Source: Takakia lepidozioides (taxonomy: Eukaryota; Plantae; Bryophyta). From it: a stretch of DNA of 64,000 bases. The position numbers and the translations under genes are program-made. The notes below the pieces were generated by a model. It worked only from the letters and a program-made list of their open reading frames with translations. It ran no database searches and was not told where the DNA came from. How positions within the stretch are numbered: position 1 is the stretch's first letter; the number at the start of each line of letters is the position of its first letter. Below, one piece after another: positions 1 through 13,095 of this stretch. The stretch is taken from the NCBI GenBank assembly GCA_030704615.1, contig CM060731.1:84878001-84942000 (forward strand). Reading direction: 5' to 3'.

Positions 1-35
1 AGAGGAATGAACGAATTAATATCCTGCTATTTTTC

Positions 36-276
36 ATCCGATATGGATGGAAAAAAAAATACATAGGATGCCGGTGTCAACCCCTACAGAGGTAATTCCT
101 CATTCTCTGGTGACTCATCTGGTATGGATGAAAGTCAATAAAAGAGGAATGAAAAAATCATAGACTCAGTTTAGAGATAATTTAGTGTTCACCCAGGTAA
201 TTTATCCGGTATGGATAAAAAATTGTTATAGGGCGGGTGAAAAAACTATTTAGAGTCCATCCGGTATAGATGGAAA
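36..276. repeat. Dispersed short motif ATCCGG(A)TATGGATG(G)AAA, about 4 copies; possibly subterminal repeats of an element extending left of the window
   Basis: atccggatatggatggaaa (~36), atctggtatggatgaaa (~117), atccggtatggataaaa (~204), atccggtatagatggaaa (~259). Confidence 0.5.
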
Positions 277-476
277 AACAGGGAAAAAAAAACACTGATA
301 AAACCAGCCAATTCCAAGGAGGGAGGGAGAGAGAGGGAGAGAGAGGGAGAAATGAGGGAGGGGGGGGGGCGATAAAATAAAAATGGTTGCTCTTTTTCTT
401 TTTTTCTCCCTCATCTCTCCCTCTCTCTCTCTCCCTCTCCCTCCACATCCTGACGGGCCAGAGGGAGAGATGAGGG

Positions 477-480
<4 letters not shown>

Positions 481-560
<80 letters not shown>
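481..560. repeat. (GA)40 microsatellite within a purine/pyrimidine low-complexity tract (~300-850)
   Basis: Perfect GA run with adjacent poly-A, poly-G and CT tracts. Confidence 0.97.
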
Positions 561-563
<3 letters not shown>

Positions 564-2103
564 GAAGGAAAAAAAAAAAAAAAAAAAAAAAAATGGGGGG
601 GGGGGGTTTGACTGAGCAGCCGTTGCTCAGTTACTCCACCCACCACCTTCTTTTTATTTTTCCCCCCCTCAACACTCCCTCTCTCTCCCTCTCTTCCTCT
701 CTCTCCACATCCTGATGGAAATAAAAAAAAACCATAAGGTAGGGGGGGGGAGACTGAGAAGCAGCACGGTCTGCTGTTGCTGAGTCCCCGCCCCCCCGAC
801 CTTCTGGTTTTTTTTGTTTTTGTGAGCAGCACAAAAGAGAGGGAAGATACTTTTTGTCATGTCAAGACAAAGAGTACAGGACCCCTAGGGTTGTTGTCAG
901 GAAAAAGAAGAATAATCAGACATATCAGCCACTTAACAGTGGCACCATCCATCAATCATCAAGCTAGAAAATCCAGAATTACCTCCATGCACAGTCATGT
1001 GTTCATGTTAGTAATATTCATAACCCATAGAGTACTTCAACAATATTGATTGACCACCAGTCATGATCAGGATACACATTTAGAGGTCTGGGTGGGATGG
1101 CGGGTACTTGGTCATATTTTGGCCTTGATGTGTTGTAGGTCAAGTGGTCATACAGATTTACAATCCATGTTGATTGATGTCCGCAAGCTGGAATCCAAGT
1201 ATACTTACTCAAACCCCATGGGTGTCTTGGGTACCTCAGATTTAAATATTTTGCCCTGTCAGTATTTGTTTAAACTGATCTGCAGCACAGCTTGCCCCGG
1301 CAGGGGAGGGGGGACATGTCTGGTTAATTTTCCAGATCACCCCTATACCATTATTTCTTGCTACAGCTGAAAATCAAAATTCATGATACAGCAAGGCAAG
1401 TATAAGGCATTGCATACATATCCTATGACAATTCATGACACTGCCAAACACACCCTATTCGCATCATACCACATTTGACCATGTCATTACACCATGCCCA
1501 GGGAGTATTTCCACTTATCCTCCCTGGCAGCTTCAAAAACCAGTCACCAAATATATTGCTGCCATTTTTCATTGTCAGCCAAGTGGCCACAAGCATAAAC
1601 TTCACCATACCCTGGCCTAAGCATCTAGCTTAAGAGCCATCCGGGTTGAAACACAATAGGGGTATTTTACCATCATGGGTACCCAAGTGGCTGCAGCAAA
1701 CAGCTCCTTGCAGCCCCCCCTTTTTTTCAACTACCATAAGGCAAGCAAAGCAAACCAGGGCCCGATAAACAGATGTGTGTCCTACACAAGCCATCATAAA
1801 CTCGGCTGTCACAGCAAAGTAAAGGCCTTCCATTGGCTGGGCAGGAGTAGCCCACCCTAAACAACACTAAACTTGTTCTTCGTAGATAAAAGAAAGAGGT
1901 AGGATCAAGAAAAACCATAGAGTAGTTTAGTTTTTCAACATTTTAAGATGAATCCATGGCCAGCAACCCCTTCCACAGCTCTGCAACCCACTTGGCATCC
2001 AGCAGCACGTAGACATCAGCATATTAAGTGGACAACGACGCAATGGCGTGAGCGCGCGAGCGTAAGTGACGTGGCGTGAGCGTGCACCCACACTGACGTG
2101 GCG

Positions 2104-2398
2104 TGAGTGTCATGTCAGCATGCTGATGTGGTGGCAAATGATGATGTGGCACTGTCCGCATCTGCCACGTCAGCATTAACATGCGCCGCCTATAACCGAG
2201 GATGGTCCTATGACCGTGGAATTAATGCAGGGAATCTTGCCTAAATAGATGAGTGTCATGTCAGCATGCTGATGTGGGGTGGCAAATGATGATGTGGCAC
2301 TGTCCGCATCTGCCACGTCAGCATTAACATGCGCCGCCTATAACCGAGGATGGTCCTATGAACGTGGAATTAATGCAGGGAATCTTGGCCTAAATAGA
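2104..2398. repeat. Two-copy direct tandem duplication, unit about 147 bp
   Basis: tgagtgtcatgtcagcatgctgatgtgg...cctaaataga at 2104-2249 and again at 2250-2398, with few differences. Confidence 0.93.
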
Positions 2399-2799
2399 AT
2401 CAAGACTACCATGAGCCTACAATTGTAGATCCAACATTGTGCAATTACAAATGCTTGTTTCAATTTTACAATTACAAGGACGAGCAAAATATCCTCCAAA
2501 GTGTGCGCCATAGAGGCTGCCACGGAAAAGACCTTCCTCCTCCTCAAATAACAATGAGAGTTAAGATCATCTTCAAAAGGATGATTGTAGTGCATAGCGA
2601 CAGCAAGACATGTAGACTCGAACGGTTTTTGTTTTTCTATTGCAATGACAAATGTGCTTTTAAAAGTTGCTACTCATAGCTCACTCAGTATAGTTGGAGG
2701 CCATATCATTGCACCGCCGAAGAATTGATGTGAATTACACATTTCAAAATCATGGTCGTCCACATACCACATTGCCATAGTTGATGGTCCCATGGTTGT

Positions 2800-3600
2800 A
2801 TCCCGCTGCTGCACAATGAGTATCGACTCATTGCAACTAGTATAGTGGCCTGGTGAATGAAGTTGTTCACGTTTGGTCGCAAAACATCCTCTTCAAAAAT
2901 ATGAAATACAAATGTTTGCAGGGTATTTGAATTACCTCTCTTGCCCAAACTGGTTGATAGCATATTCACAAAATCACGAAATGTGCAATTGGGGAAAATT
3001 CGAAAACCGTGATCTTGCTGTGTAGGTCCTGTCATGAATAACAGACAGATGTGGAAGTGCATGATTGATGGAATACCCGACCATATCCTGGATCGGGGCG
3101 GTACCGTGGTGCGTTCCAACACGCGCTTGGAGCATTCTTGCGGACTCACTTTGCCAAAGTGTTCAGCGGTGGAGGGAAAGCGCGAACGAGCTTTCATCTC
3201 GTTTGGTTGGCCACAAGTCAGGATTTGCAGGGGGGACCCGGTGAGGACGCGAAGAAGTAGTAGCACATGCATGGAGTAGGGTTGTCTCGCAAGGGAAAAG
3301 CCTGCCTCCTCCAGCATTTCAATCTCCTGAAATCTGAGATGTGTTCCCACCTTCACGGGCCAAACGGTTGGAGGAGATTGGCTTCATCACTACGGAAAGG
3401 ACGCACAGTTCCATGCACACATCTGGCACAATCATCTGCGCAGAACCAGAACTTGTGGGTCTTGCTTCTGGTTGACCGTCATGGACCTCATCAGTAACAT
3501 TCCACCCAACCGTGAAAGTCAGCGCGCAGCAGGAGTTCGGGACCACCTCTGGATATAAATGAAGGCACTCGCGAAATTAGTTGCCCTAATCGCTGTACAT
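2800..3600 (-). pseudogene. Degenerate SWIM zinc-finger C-terminal part of a MULE-like transposon gene
   Basis: Frameshifted pieces FWFCADDC, VKVGTHL..EIEMLEEAGF, PNCTFRDF, IPCKHLYF (~2900-2926) and NFIHQAT align with the 58246-59241 ORF (FWFCRHD, WPVAPGCNL..EADALSAAGF, PTCNCTDF..PCKHLYY, DFIHAP). Confidence 0.72.
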
Positions 3601-4458
3601 TTACACAAGACCCTACACTTGTGCGTTCTTGTGCCAAACGTGGGGGGGGGCATGTGGACTCAAGCACATCAAGGGGGTTGTTATCTCTTGCACCATTTCC
3701 AGTGGCACTGTTTGATGCTGGAGCTGGCCATCGGTTGGAGGGTTCCGGAAATGGAGCTGTCATGCAGGGGGACACAGACGGGCTTCGAGAAGTTATCACG
3801 GCTTGCCCTGTGTGAATCGGAATCCGAACCAAGTGGAGGCTTCAATTCCTCTACAGGAGCCGAATCTCTCCCCCTTTCAAGATGTGGAACTCTAGAAACA
3901 AGTGGCGTTCCCGGGCATACATGCTCACCGCCCGTGCTATCTTGATTGGATCCCCAGAATCTGTTTGCCAGCACCGCAACATCAACTCCCATTGTGAACC
4001 CTTGCCCACCAAACCCCACCTCGCAAGAAATCGACGGTATCGGGTTGTTGTTGCAAGGCACGTATCAAATCATATGTTGTTGCCACATACAAATCCCGAC
4101 CTTGTTTCCCAAGCTGCTGAGCTGCACCCATGCGTTTGTGCACAGTTTCTGCCCACCTTGCCCGATTGGCATGTCCTCATTTCCTCAATGACATGTTATG
4201 CCAAGTGGAGAACCACACTTAAAAACAGTGAACACGCACACCCCCATAAAGAAAGGCGGCGGCCCATTAAATGGAAAGTAATGTATGACTAAGCAAGAAA
4301 GCTAAGCAGCAAGAAAGCTAAGCTACGGTGCTGAGTCTGCGTCTCTGGTTTGATGTCCGACTTTGTATGTTTTTCCAAAGATTGTGTCCAATGGAATAGA
4401 CATGTACGCTCTCTTCCTCGCATTGGCACTTTTGGGTCGCCCGATCCGAAGACAATAC

Positions 4459-5551
4459 TGTCGCGCTGCTTTTACTCACCCATCCCTTCGCTATCCGAGG
4501 CGGAAACTCCAAGATAGAAGAGTTGGAAATCTCTAAGTACTCAGCCCGCGCAGAAAATCAGTCATGACCTACAGCTAGTGTATCATGGGGTGTTTCCTAT
4601 TTGTTTCCCATTTGGCATTCATGTTAGCTACCTTCATTGATAATTAAGTATCAGTTTGCTTTATCAATCTATTGGATTCCATCAACTCATCCCTCATCCA
4701 TTCATTCCATAGCTTCACTCAGATCTCTCTACACAGTGTGATTGTATCGTATAAGTATCCGATTAGGATTTATCAGGTATCAGGCCGAAGCCATTGTGTC
4801 TCCAATGTGCTCTACTATATCACTACCGCTTTGCATATAACAAGCATCTACTAATCCTCGTTCCTCCTTCACCGCGCTCTCCATCTTGGCTTCCGATCTT
4901 CCTCTCCGCCCGATCTCCCCCTCAAGTGCTTCCAAGAATCCCCCTCAAGTGCTTCCAAGAATCCCCTCTTTCTCCGTCCTTGCTTCTCCCTTTATCTTCC
5001 TACCCGTGGCTCTAACCGTCGTCCGTGAACTAACATGTTCCACTTGCAGGTGTTGTTCCCAACAGTCGTTCCCTGTCCTGCTCTCCGTTCCCTATGGTCG
5101 TGACAGCTGTGTCAAGCTGTGTGAAACTGCGACGGGCTGTGACTGGCTGTGCGACTGTGACGAGCTGTGTTGGCTGTGTGTGTGGTGTGCGGTTGTGTTG
5201 TGAAGTATGGGTTGGCTATGTTGGCTTTGTGTGTGCTGTGACAACTGTGACGGGCTGTGTGGGCTGTGTGGGCTGTGTGGTGTGCTGTTGTGAGGGCTGT
5301 TGTGTGTCGACTGTGACGACTGTGACGGGCTGTGTAGGCTGTGTCGGCTGTGACGGGCTGTGTGGCTGTGTGGGCTGTTGACGAATGTGACGGGCTGTGT
5401 GGGCTGTGTGGGCTGCTGTGACGGGCTGTGTAACCCCCTCTACAGTGCGTTGCGGTCACCCCTAAGGCTCCTGTTGGTCTCAGTCTGTGCAAAATTAAGG
5501 GTACCCTACAAATCCCGTATAAGTGTCTAAGTCCCAGACAGTCCTCTAACA
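4459..5551 (-). mobile_element. 3' LTR of a Ty3/gypsy-type retrotransposon, same family as the LTR at 57163-58176
   Basis: TG...CA ends; colinear with 57163-58176; internal GGCTGTGAC/GGCTGTGT minisatellite (5100-5430); polypurine tract directly adjacent on the minus strand. Confidence 0.88.
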
Positions 5552-5567
5552 TACCCATTCCCCCCTC
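5552..5567 (-). promoter_or_regulatory. Polypurine tract (PPT)
   Basis: Minus strand gaggggggaatgggta immediately precedes the LTR start TGTTAGAGG. Confidence 0.8.
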
Positions 5568-6920
5568 AAAAAGCCGTGTCCTCACGGTTACTGATTGCGA
5601 TTAGCAAACCTTTGTGAGTGAGCACCTTTCGACGTTGAGAGTTCGTGGTGGCGGACTGTGTGTACGAGCTCGAGGTCTGTCTCTGGTTGATGGAGATGGT
5701 TGATCATACCTGGATAAGTGAGGCCCTCTGGAGGCTGATATCGAGGTAACCTTCAGGCATAGGAGACCCCCGTCGCTTTTCTCTGCCATCTGAATGCATA
5801 GTCTTTCTCCATGTCAAAAGAATTCGGTGAAGAAACAGTTGTATCAGAATCCTCATCGCCTCTCAGGGTTTTTAATTTTTGAACTTTTTGTTGGAATCCC
5901 TGGGGCATACAATGTTGTCCTACCATATCTGGAAGTTTATATTTTACAACCTGCTGTAATTGTTGAACAGCAAAATGGTGTAGACACTGAGCTCCTTGTC
6001 TGTCCAGATGAGTGGGGTACCAATTACTGGTTCTTGCAGCGTGCAAGTATTTCCATGCCACATGTCCCTTATAGAAAATATCATCAATGCCAAATTTCTG
6101 TGTTGACAAATTGGTTCCAGGCCGCTTGAAACCATGAACGAATTTGAGAATCCTTTTGCATCATAACTTTTGGGTCGTATAGGTACATATGAGGTGGCAC
6201 CGAAGGTATACCCAATGATCCCCACTGGAATAACTCAGAAAGCGTGCTTTGCATCTTTTGCGCTCAATGTGCTACGTACCAGCAAACAAGAAACGTATAT
6301 AACCCGCATGCCTCGTGCCAGTACTGTGCAAAGTGATATCCTCAATATGTCGATTGTTCGGAAGAACTTTAGTCCTTGTTGCCACTGGCAGCCAAATACG
6401 CATGATTTGGTATTAATGTGCGAATGACTGCGGAGGACTAAATTCTTTCCAAGCCAAATCCAACATGATGGGAATTTGGTTGAAGGGCATAAATCATAGC
6501 CCTACTGTACTCCTTGCAGCTGGAGTTTTAGGTGGGTTAAAAGCAGCATTGCCCCATACCTCAGGCTGTGGTGGCTGCGGTGTGGTTTTGTAGTAACAAC
6601 AGGTTCAGCTACTGGTACAGTGACTTGTTGTGGTGTTGGGGTACTGGCTCTTGTAATAAGAAGCCATTAGGTGTTCCTGAGGGATATAGACTCTTTTGTC
6701 GATGTTTGAAGTGAGGTCCTCCACTTGAGTCTGCAGTCCATCTACATCCTCCTGTAACTTGGCTATCCTACTATAGACATTGTCTATAGTATATGTGGCA
6801 ATGTTCTGCACTTGCAGTCTGAGCTCATTCATCTCGCTTTGGGTGAGCTTTCGTGGTGCTTTGCCCTCTACTGGCCCTTGTGCTAACCAGACCTGCATAA
6901 GGCTGTTATCCACCAAGTTG
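5568..6920 (-). mobile_element. 3' internal region of the LTR element, with degraded extra ORF(s) of unknown function
   Basis: Lies upstream of the PPT on the minus strand; broken ORFs 6605-6916 (coiled-coil-like) and 5753-6109; no pol motifs seen. Confidence 0.5.
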
Positions 6921-6921
6921 C

Positions 6922-8211
6922 TTGTGGTTCAAGCCCATATTCACATTCACAAAATACACACAAAAAAAGATTATAGGCAAAAGCCTATGGGAAAATTACA
7001 TACGCCCTAACACAATCATATTGACCCAGCAAATGAGACAAGCCCACGATGTACAATATGCGAAATTGCTACAGAATCTACGCGAAGACAACTTTACCCA
7101 AACGGATTTCGAATTATTACAGACAAGATTCATGTCGAACCTGAAAGTCAACCTGCTCAACGAACCCTGGGATAAAGCAACGTACATCGTACCTCGTAAC
7201 CAGTTAAAGAACGCCATAAATCATCAAATGATAGAATATTACACACGTAAATCTAACCATGCGTCCTACACCATAGTGGCCACAGACACCTACAAGAAGC
7301 ACGCACTCCGCGACGAGATCCAATTCGCAATCCGACAGACCGTACCCGGGAATAGAAGCCACAATCTTCTTCCATTTTTGAGATTATACAAAGGAATGAC
7401 AGTCATGCTCGCCGACAATTTGTATCCTAGATTGGGGCTTGTAAACGGTGCAGTTGGACAAATAGTGGGGATCTCAATAACAGATGACGATTGGATCGTA
7501 CGGGAAGATAACTTAATGCACCCGCCACATCACGTATTAATCAACTTCAGCGAATTCATCAGTCAACATAAAACATTGAGCAACGTAAATTTAGAAAATC
7601 TCCCGGAAAACGTAGTGCCGATTACACCCGTTTCAAGAACGTTCGATTATCACCACACGGAGGATGAACAGAAAAAACCAAAGAAATTCAAAATCAGCAG
7701 ACACCAATTGCCTCCGATACCCGCCTATTGCCTAACCGACTACAAAGGCCAAGGCAAAACTTTCGACAGAATAGTCATCGACTTACAAAAACCACCAGAT
7801 GGACACCCGTTGAACATGCACAACATCTACGTCACACTGTCTCGTTTGCATTCCCTACAAGGGCTAATAATACTTCGAGACATCAAGTTCGAAGACATCC
7901 AAGCAGCCAAATTCAAGATAGGCTCACTGCAGTTCATTGCTCCACAAACCGATTGTAATGTCCAAGAACAAAAATCATACAAGACCACGGAACACATCAA
8001 CACAGTGAATACCAACCCTGCCATCAAAACGTCACATCCACATCCAATCCAACCGAGACACGTGTCCAAAAAAATACAAGTGACAACCGATTCTGAAGCC
8101 AAACATCCCACACCAATAGAACCAAATGAAAACCAAACTTGCTCAGAAATATCTCCCACACCAGTCAAAATCATAGAAATCGACTCCGAAGACAAACAAT
8201 CTGACACATAA
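6922..8211 (+). CDS. PIF1-family SF1B helicase, C-terminal half (Helitron/Helentron RepHel-like), 5'-truncated
   Basis: Motifs LTQQMRQ, IVPRN, GMTVMLADN..LGLVNGAVG, QLP..PAYCLTDYKGQGKTFD..IDL and IYVTLSR; Walker A/B and Rep domain absent. Confidence 0.88.
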   Translation: MWFKPIFTFTKYTQKKIIGKSLWENYIRPNTIILTQQMRQAHDVQYAKLLQNLREDNFTQTDFELLQTRFMSNLKVNLLNEPWDKATYIVPRNQLKNAINHQMIEYYTRKSNHASYTIVATDTYKKHALRDEIQFAIRQTVPGNRSHNLLPFLRLYKGMTVMLADNLYPRLGLVNGAVGQIVGISITDDDWIVREDNLMHPPHHVLINFSEFISQHKTLSNVNLENLPENVVPITPVSRTFDYHHTEDEQKKPKKFKISRHQLPPIPAYCLTDYKGQGKTFDRIVIDLQKPPDGHPLNMHNIYVTLSRLHSLQGLIILRDIKFEDIQAAKFKIGSLQFIAPQTDCNVQEQKSYKTTEHINTVNTNPAIKTSHPHPIQPRHVSKKIQVTTDSEAKHPTPIEPNENQTCSEISPTPVKIIEIDSEDKQSDT

Positions 8212-8301
8212 CACGCACATATACATCAAGAAACATATTGGCACGAAGATCTTATATTGATGATGCACGACGAACAAATCATGTTGGATGATAACAGATG
8301 A

Positions 8302-8802
8302 TTGTGTGACCAGCATTTGGCAGCTGGGATGCAAATACTATTTGATCAGGAAGTGGAAACACAAAACTACGAGCAACATGCGTATTCGACTCTACTGGGC
8401 AAAACGAAATACACCAAGAAATGTCTGCAGCACGTGTTCGTGAACAACAACCATTGGATTTTAACCATGATAAACCCGAACGGAACGAATCATCAATGTA
8501 CGGTGTTTGATTCCAGCATGCCCGCGGATAAGAAGCTACCAAGCGAAATAGAACAACATTTACAAAAAATAATCCCAGTCCCACAATTCAATTATTTCTA
8601 TGCCGATGTCATGCAACAAAGTGACAGTTCATCATGTGGCGTATTTACGATAGCTTATGCCACGGATATAGCATTCGGATTAGATCCCGCAGATTCCCGA
8701 TACACAACATCCGCCATGAGAACCCACTTGAGAGATTGCATAAACAATCGAAGAATCGATCCATTTCCAAAACAACATTCACAATACGAAGACCCGATAT
8801 GA
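8302..8802 (+). CDS. Ulp1/C48-like cysteine protease domain, same reading frame as the helicase
   Basis: NNHW (His), VFDS (Asp) and QQSDSSSCGVF (Gln/Cys) catalytic pattern. Confidence 0.82.
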   Translation: MCDQHLAAGMQILFDQEVETQNYEQHAYSTLLGKTKYTKKCLQHVFVNNNHWILTMINPNGTNHQCTVFDSSMPADKKLPSEIEQHLQKIIPVPQFNYFYADVMQQSDSSSCGVFTIAYATDIAFGLDPADSRYTTSAMRTHLRDCINNRRIDPFPKQHSQYEDPI

Positions 8803-11104
8803 CGTGACATTTGTTCTTATCTTTCCACCTCAGTGTCTTGGTGCTTTGGAGGGTTTGAATTTCTCAATTTTTTGGGTGCATTTTCTTTTTTTGAGCTGAG
8901 GGTATTCAATGTAAATGTTAATAGCACTTCCAAATATCACTTCAATTTAATGATAAACACGTCTCAATTCACTAAAACTTCATAATAATATTGATTTTGA
9001 TTTTTGTCTCTCGTCTATATTTAATAATTGAAAATATAGATATATTATTAAATTACTATTACCCATCTTCCCTCGCCCTCATTTAAAAAGTGACCCTAAA
9101 CAAAGTACACAATTAAATTTGGAGCATTTTTGGAAAATGTGCCTAAAACTTGGAAAATTTTCCTGAAAAGTGCCTAATAGCCCAAAAATTTGACAAATAC
9201 CAAAATTTCCAAATATGTGGAAACAATGCATAAATTATATTATTTAAAATCCAAAAAAATGAAAACAAAACATACCATTTAAACTTACATGTCCACACAA
9301 CATCCAAAGGGCCTTATATTTGGAAACCTAGGCGATGTGCCTAAATAATAAAAATGGATCTGCCTAAAAATATTCTATTTTTATTAATTATTATTGGTGG
9401 AAGTGCCTAATAAGCTAGGTAAGTACGGTAGTTTATGGCTGTGTGAGGGATCTGATCATATCTAGGGATTTAATTTTAGTTGAAACAAAAAAGAGGTAAT
9501 ATCGGAGTTCCCGGTCGGAGTTCCTATACGAGTCATCCGCCATGAGAACAATAACTATAACTTCTCTAACTCCTTGAACTGTATAAAAACTTCTTGAACT
9601 GCTTAAACTGTCTAAAAACTTCTTGAACTGCTTTAAACCGTCACTCCTTGATGTCATTCCTTGAAGGCAGAGAGAAAAACAGTTGATTTATGTAGGCACG
9701 CTCGCGTGGGAGTAGTGAACGTGCAGAGGGAGAGAGAGAGTAGTGAACACACAGGGAAAGAGAGAGAGAAGTAAACAGGTGGGGAGGGGGAGTAGTCAAC
9801 GCACAGGGAGATTGTTGGGTAGGTCACACACAGTAGATTGATCCTTGTGAAGGGCTTTCTAGAAAACATCTGGAAAGCCTGAATAATTGTTTATACCAAG
9901 GTAAGTCCAGTAGAGGATTGAGCCTCACAAAGGCAGTGTGATCCATTCCCTCTTGTTCCACGCAAACTGGGTGCGGGTCTATGGTCACAAGGCTATCGGA
10001 AACTATGTTTTGATGAGTTTCCTCTCTCAATATGCGTTTGTTTGCATCCCTGTACGATAAATGCTACCGAGTACAATTTGTCAGAACATCTGTTGTGAAA
10101 ATTGTGCAGGGGGGCTGGATTTGTTTCATTGGAGAATCTTATTTTCTTTGCCCAAAATTTTCCAGTGTGCTATGCAACTTTATGCCTTGCCCTTGGTTCT
10201 GGTTTTGGCATCTCTCTTACAATGTCAGCTTATGTCTCTTCCTTTGTGGCATGCTGTAGACCTCCCCTGGGAGTTTTTCTCTAATTTTTTGAGCATGCAT
10301 GGACCTCATATCTACTAACACTCCCGAGCATCCAATGCCCTCACAAACCTGGTGTGTTGAGTGTGGACATGTTTAAACCCTAGTCCTGAAGATCTTTGTT
10401 TTGATTTCCCGGTCTCCGAAAAGTGTTATGCAATTTCACTGTAGGAAGCAGAGGACTCCCAATGCCCAGGCTGTAATGGACCAAACTGCTGATAGGATTT
10501 GGATGGAGGATTCCTTTTGTGATGTTATGTTGGAGGGTAACTTAGACGACAAATGCAAATGCCTGATTTCTGTCCAAGAGAAAGAAAGCATGGAAGACAT
10601 CCATTCCGATCGCGGGAACTTGGGACTCATGAGCTCTTTCTGCTTGTTGAGGGCTGCTTATTGATGGCTCAAAATTGAGTTGTAATTTCATATTTGTGGT
10701 GGCGAGTTGTTGGATTCCCCACTTTTTTATTTCTATTTTCGTCTTTCTCATGAGCTATTTCTGCTTGTTGAGGGCTGCTTATTGATGGCCACTCTCTTTC
10801 TTGTATCATGCTTTCCTTAGTCCCATAAGCTCACTTTACGAAGTCCAGGTTCACCAATTATATTTGTCAAAAAACAGAAGAAGGCAGACATGGGGGACCA
10901 AGAGCAACCAGGAATAATAACCCTTGGTTAATAACCCTTGGTTCTCTGATAATGCTTGAGTGGTTTTACTGACAAAAATCTTTCTTTCCACGAAGACATT
11001 ATATGATGATACCCTTGGTTCTCTGATAACACTTGTGTGGTTTTTGAGGCAGGTCCCGAAAACCAGTGTTAAATTGAGTCAGCAAGAACCCTACATCCAT
11101 TTAT

Positions 11105-11450
11105 ATTTTGGGTGAATTTTTTTTCGGGTGAATTGTTTTGGGGTTGTTGGTTTTTCCATGAATTGTCATGTGGGTTTTTTTTTTTTTTTTTTTTTTTTGG
11201 TTTCCCGAATGTGCCAGATTAAGGTGTCGTCAACGACATCTTAATTCCCAGTACGAGTTGGCACATGACAATTCATGGAAAAACCAAAAACCCCAAAAAC
11301 ATTCATCCAAAAAACTTCAACCCAAAAAAAATCTGATGGCGAACAGCCTTGGCGGTAAGGCGGTGTGTGTGCAGGTGCTGGGGATTAAGGTGTCGTCAAC
11401 GACATCTTAATTCCCAGCAAGTTTTCCAAAAAAAAAAAAAAAAAAAAACC

Positions 11451-11483
<33 letters not shown>

Positions 11484-11857
11484 CCCGAATGTGCCATATT
11501 AAGGTGTCGCCAACGACATCTTAATTCCCAGTACGAGTTGGCACATGACAATTCATGGAAAAACCAAAAACCCCAAAAAAATTCACCCAAAAAATTTCAA
11601 CCCAAAAAAATCTGATGGTGTTGCCTTGGCGGTAAGGTGGTGTGTGTGCAGGTACTGGGGATTAAGGTGTCGTCAACGACATCTTAATTCCCAGTACGAG
11701 TTGACACATGACAATTCATGGAAAAACCAAAAACCCCAAAATCCAAAAAATTTCAACCCAAAAAAATCTGATGGCGAATAAGCCTTGGCGGTAAGGCGGT
11801 GTGTGTGCAGGTGCTAGGGATTAAGGTGTCGTCAACGACATCTTAATTCCCAGTACG
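11105..11857. repeat. Array of ~160-bp units, each with a ~40-bp hairpin, plus an inverted partial copy on the left
   Basis: Five copies of attaaggtgtcgtcaacgacatcttaattcccag; 11105-11172 is the reverse complement of the cacatgacaattcatggaaaaacc...ttcacccaaaa part. Confidence 0.9.
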
Positions 11858-12333
11858 TGTTTTGAAATTTTTATTTATAAAGCACGAGTTCACCTGCCTT
11901 CTTTAGATTTGGGTGTGAGCATCTCTCTCAACCTTAGATACCTGGAAAAATGACAAGTAATCCCTCCTCAATCAACAAAGCAATGTGGATTCATTGTTGG
12001 CAATATACACTGCACTTTCATAATTGATTTGCAAGCAAGACTAGCATGGTTTAAAGGATTTCGGAGCTCGGGGGATTTCGGAGCTACTACTACAAAACAA
12101 CTTTTGTATTATTGCATTTATTTCATTCATCCATGTCTCATTCATCATACAGACATTCATCCGCCATTCATCCATCATTCATCCCAGCAGCATCCATAAC
12201 CGAGCTTGTAATACTGGCCACTCTGCGCAGTAATAGATCTTTTAAGTTGAGTAGGCGTCCGCGGTTATAGATGGGCAGATCCTGAAGCGTGAGCAGATTT
12301 CTGCTCACGGAATTTTCTGCTCGCGGGATCTGC

Positions 12334-13095
12334 TCACAGAATAGCATCCCCTATCTCGAGGGGATTCCTGTCATTTAACCATGCCCGAGCCAAGGCTGCA
12401 TCTAGCCATGCTTGAAGTGTCAGCTTCTCCAGCTGCTGCTTCCATTCTTGTTCATTGCATATGGCAATGTCTTTTTTTGTATTGGCTGTGAATAGCCTAC
12501 TCTCGGTATTTTCCCTCCCCCTCAGCAGTACAGTGTTGCTTGCTAGCAACTTGTTTCCGTGGTTCTTAGCAGCCTGTAGCTGCTCTTTGAGTGTCTCCAC
12601 CTCTGCCTCTGTGGTTCGGGATTGTTCCCTTTCCGCATCGAGGTCGGCTTGGACATGTTGTATTTTGTCTCTCTGCCTTTGCCACTTCTATTCCCATTCG
12701 TCTTGGTGATCTGTCAAGATGTTGTATTGGCGAAGCATAGCAGTCTGTTGATCTTCCAGGGCCGCAATTGTAGCCTCGTGGTTACATACGGTTCGTGCTG
12801 CTGCCAGTTCCCTCCGGTGCTTTTCTTTGAGGTGGTCCATGATCATGGTAAGGTTCTCCGGGCTTATGTAATCCTTGGCTCTGTCCATGTAGGTTGTCAC
12901 CTGGCTCAAGGCTTGTACTGCCTGGAGAATTGCATTCCCTGGTGTTTCTTCCAAACCCGTGTCCCATGCTGTTGTATGCAGGACCTGCTGTGAGAGTAAT
13001 AATTCCAAGTTGGAATTACTATCTTGCCGGGGAAATTGCTGCTGACCTTGTGTCACCTGTAGCGCTTGTTGTGGCTGTGCGACTATGGCTTGCAC
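12334..13095 (-). pseudogene. Interrupted coiled-coil-rich ORF, probably transposon-derived
   Basis: Consecutive ORFs 12688-13095 and 12334-12600 with Q/E/L/A-rich heptad-like composition; no diagnostic domain. Confidence 0.4.

Noticed and set aside
182-860. ORFs with ER/SL repeats
   Set aside because: Translations of the GA/CT microsatellite and homopolymers.
9660-10660. Host gene exons
   Set aside because: A GT donor and short ORFs are present, but there is no recognisable domain or consistent exon chain.
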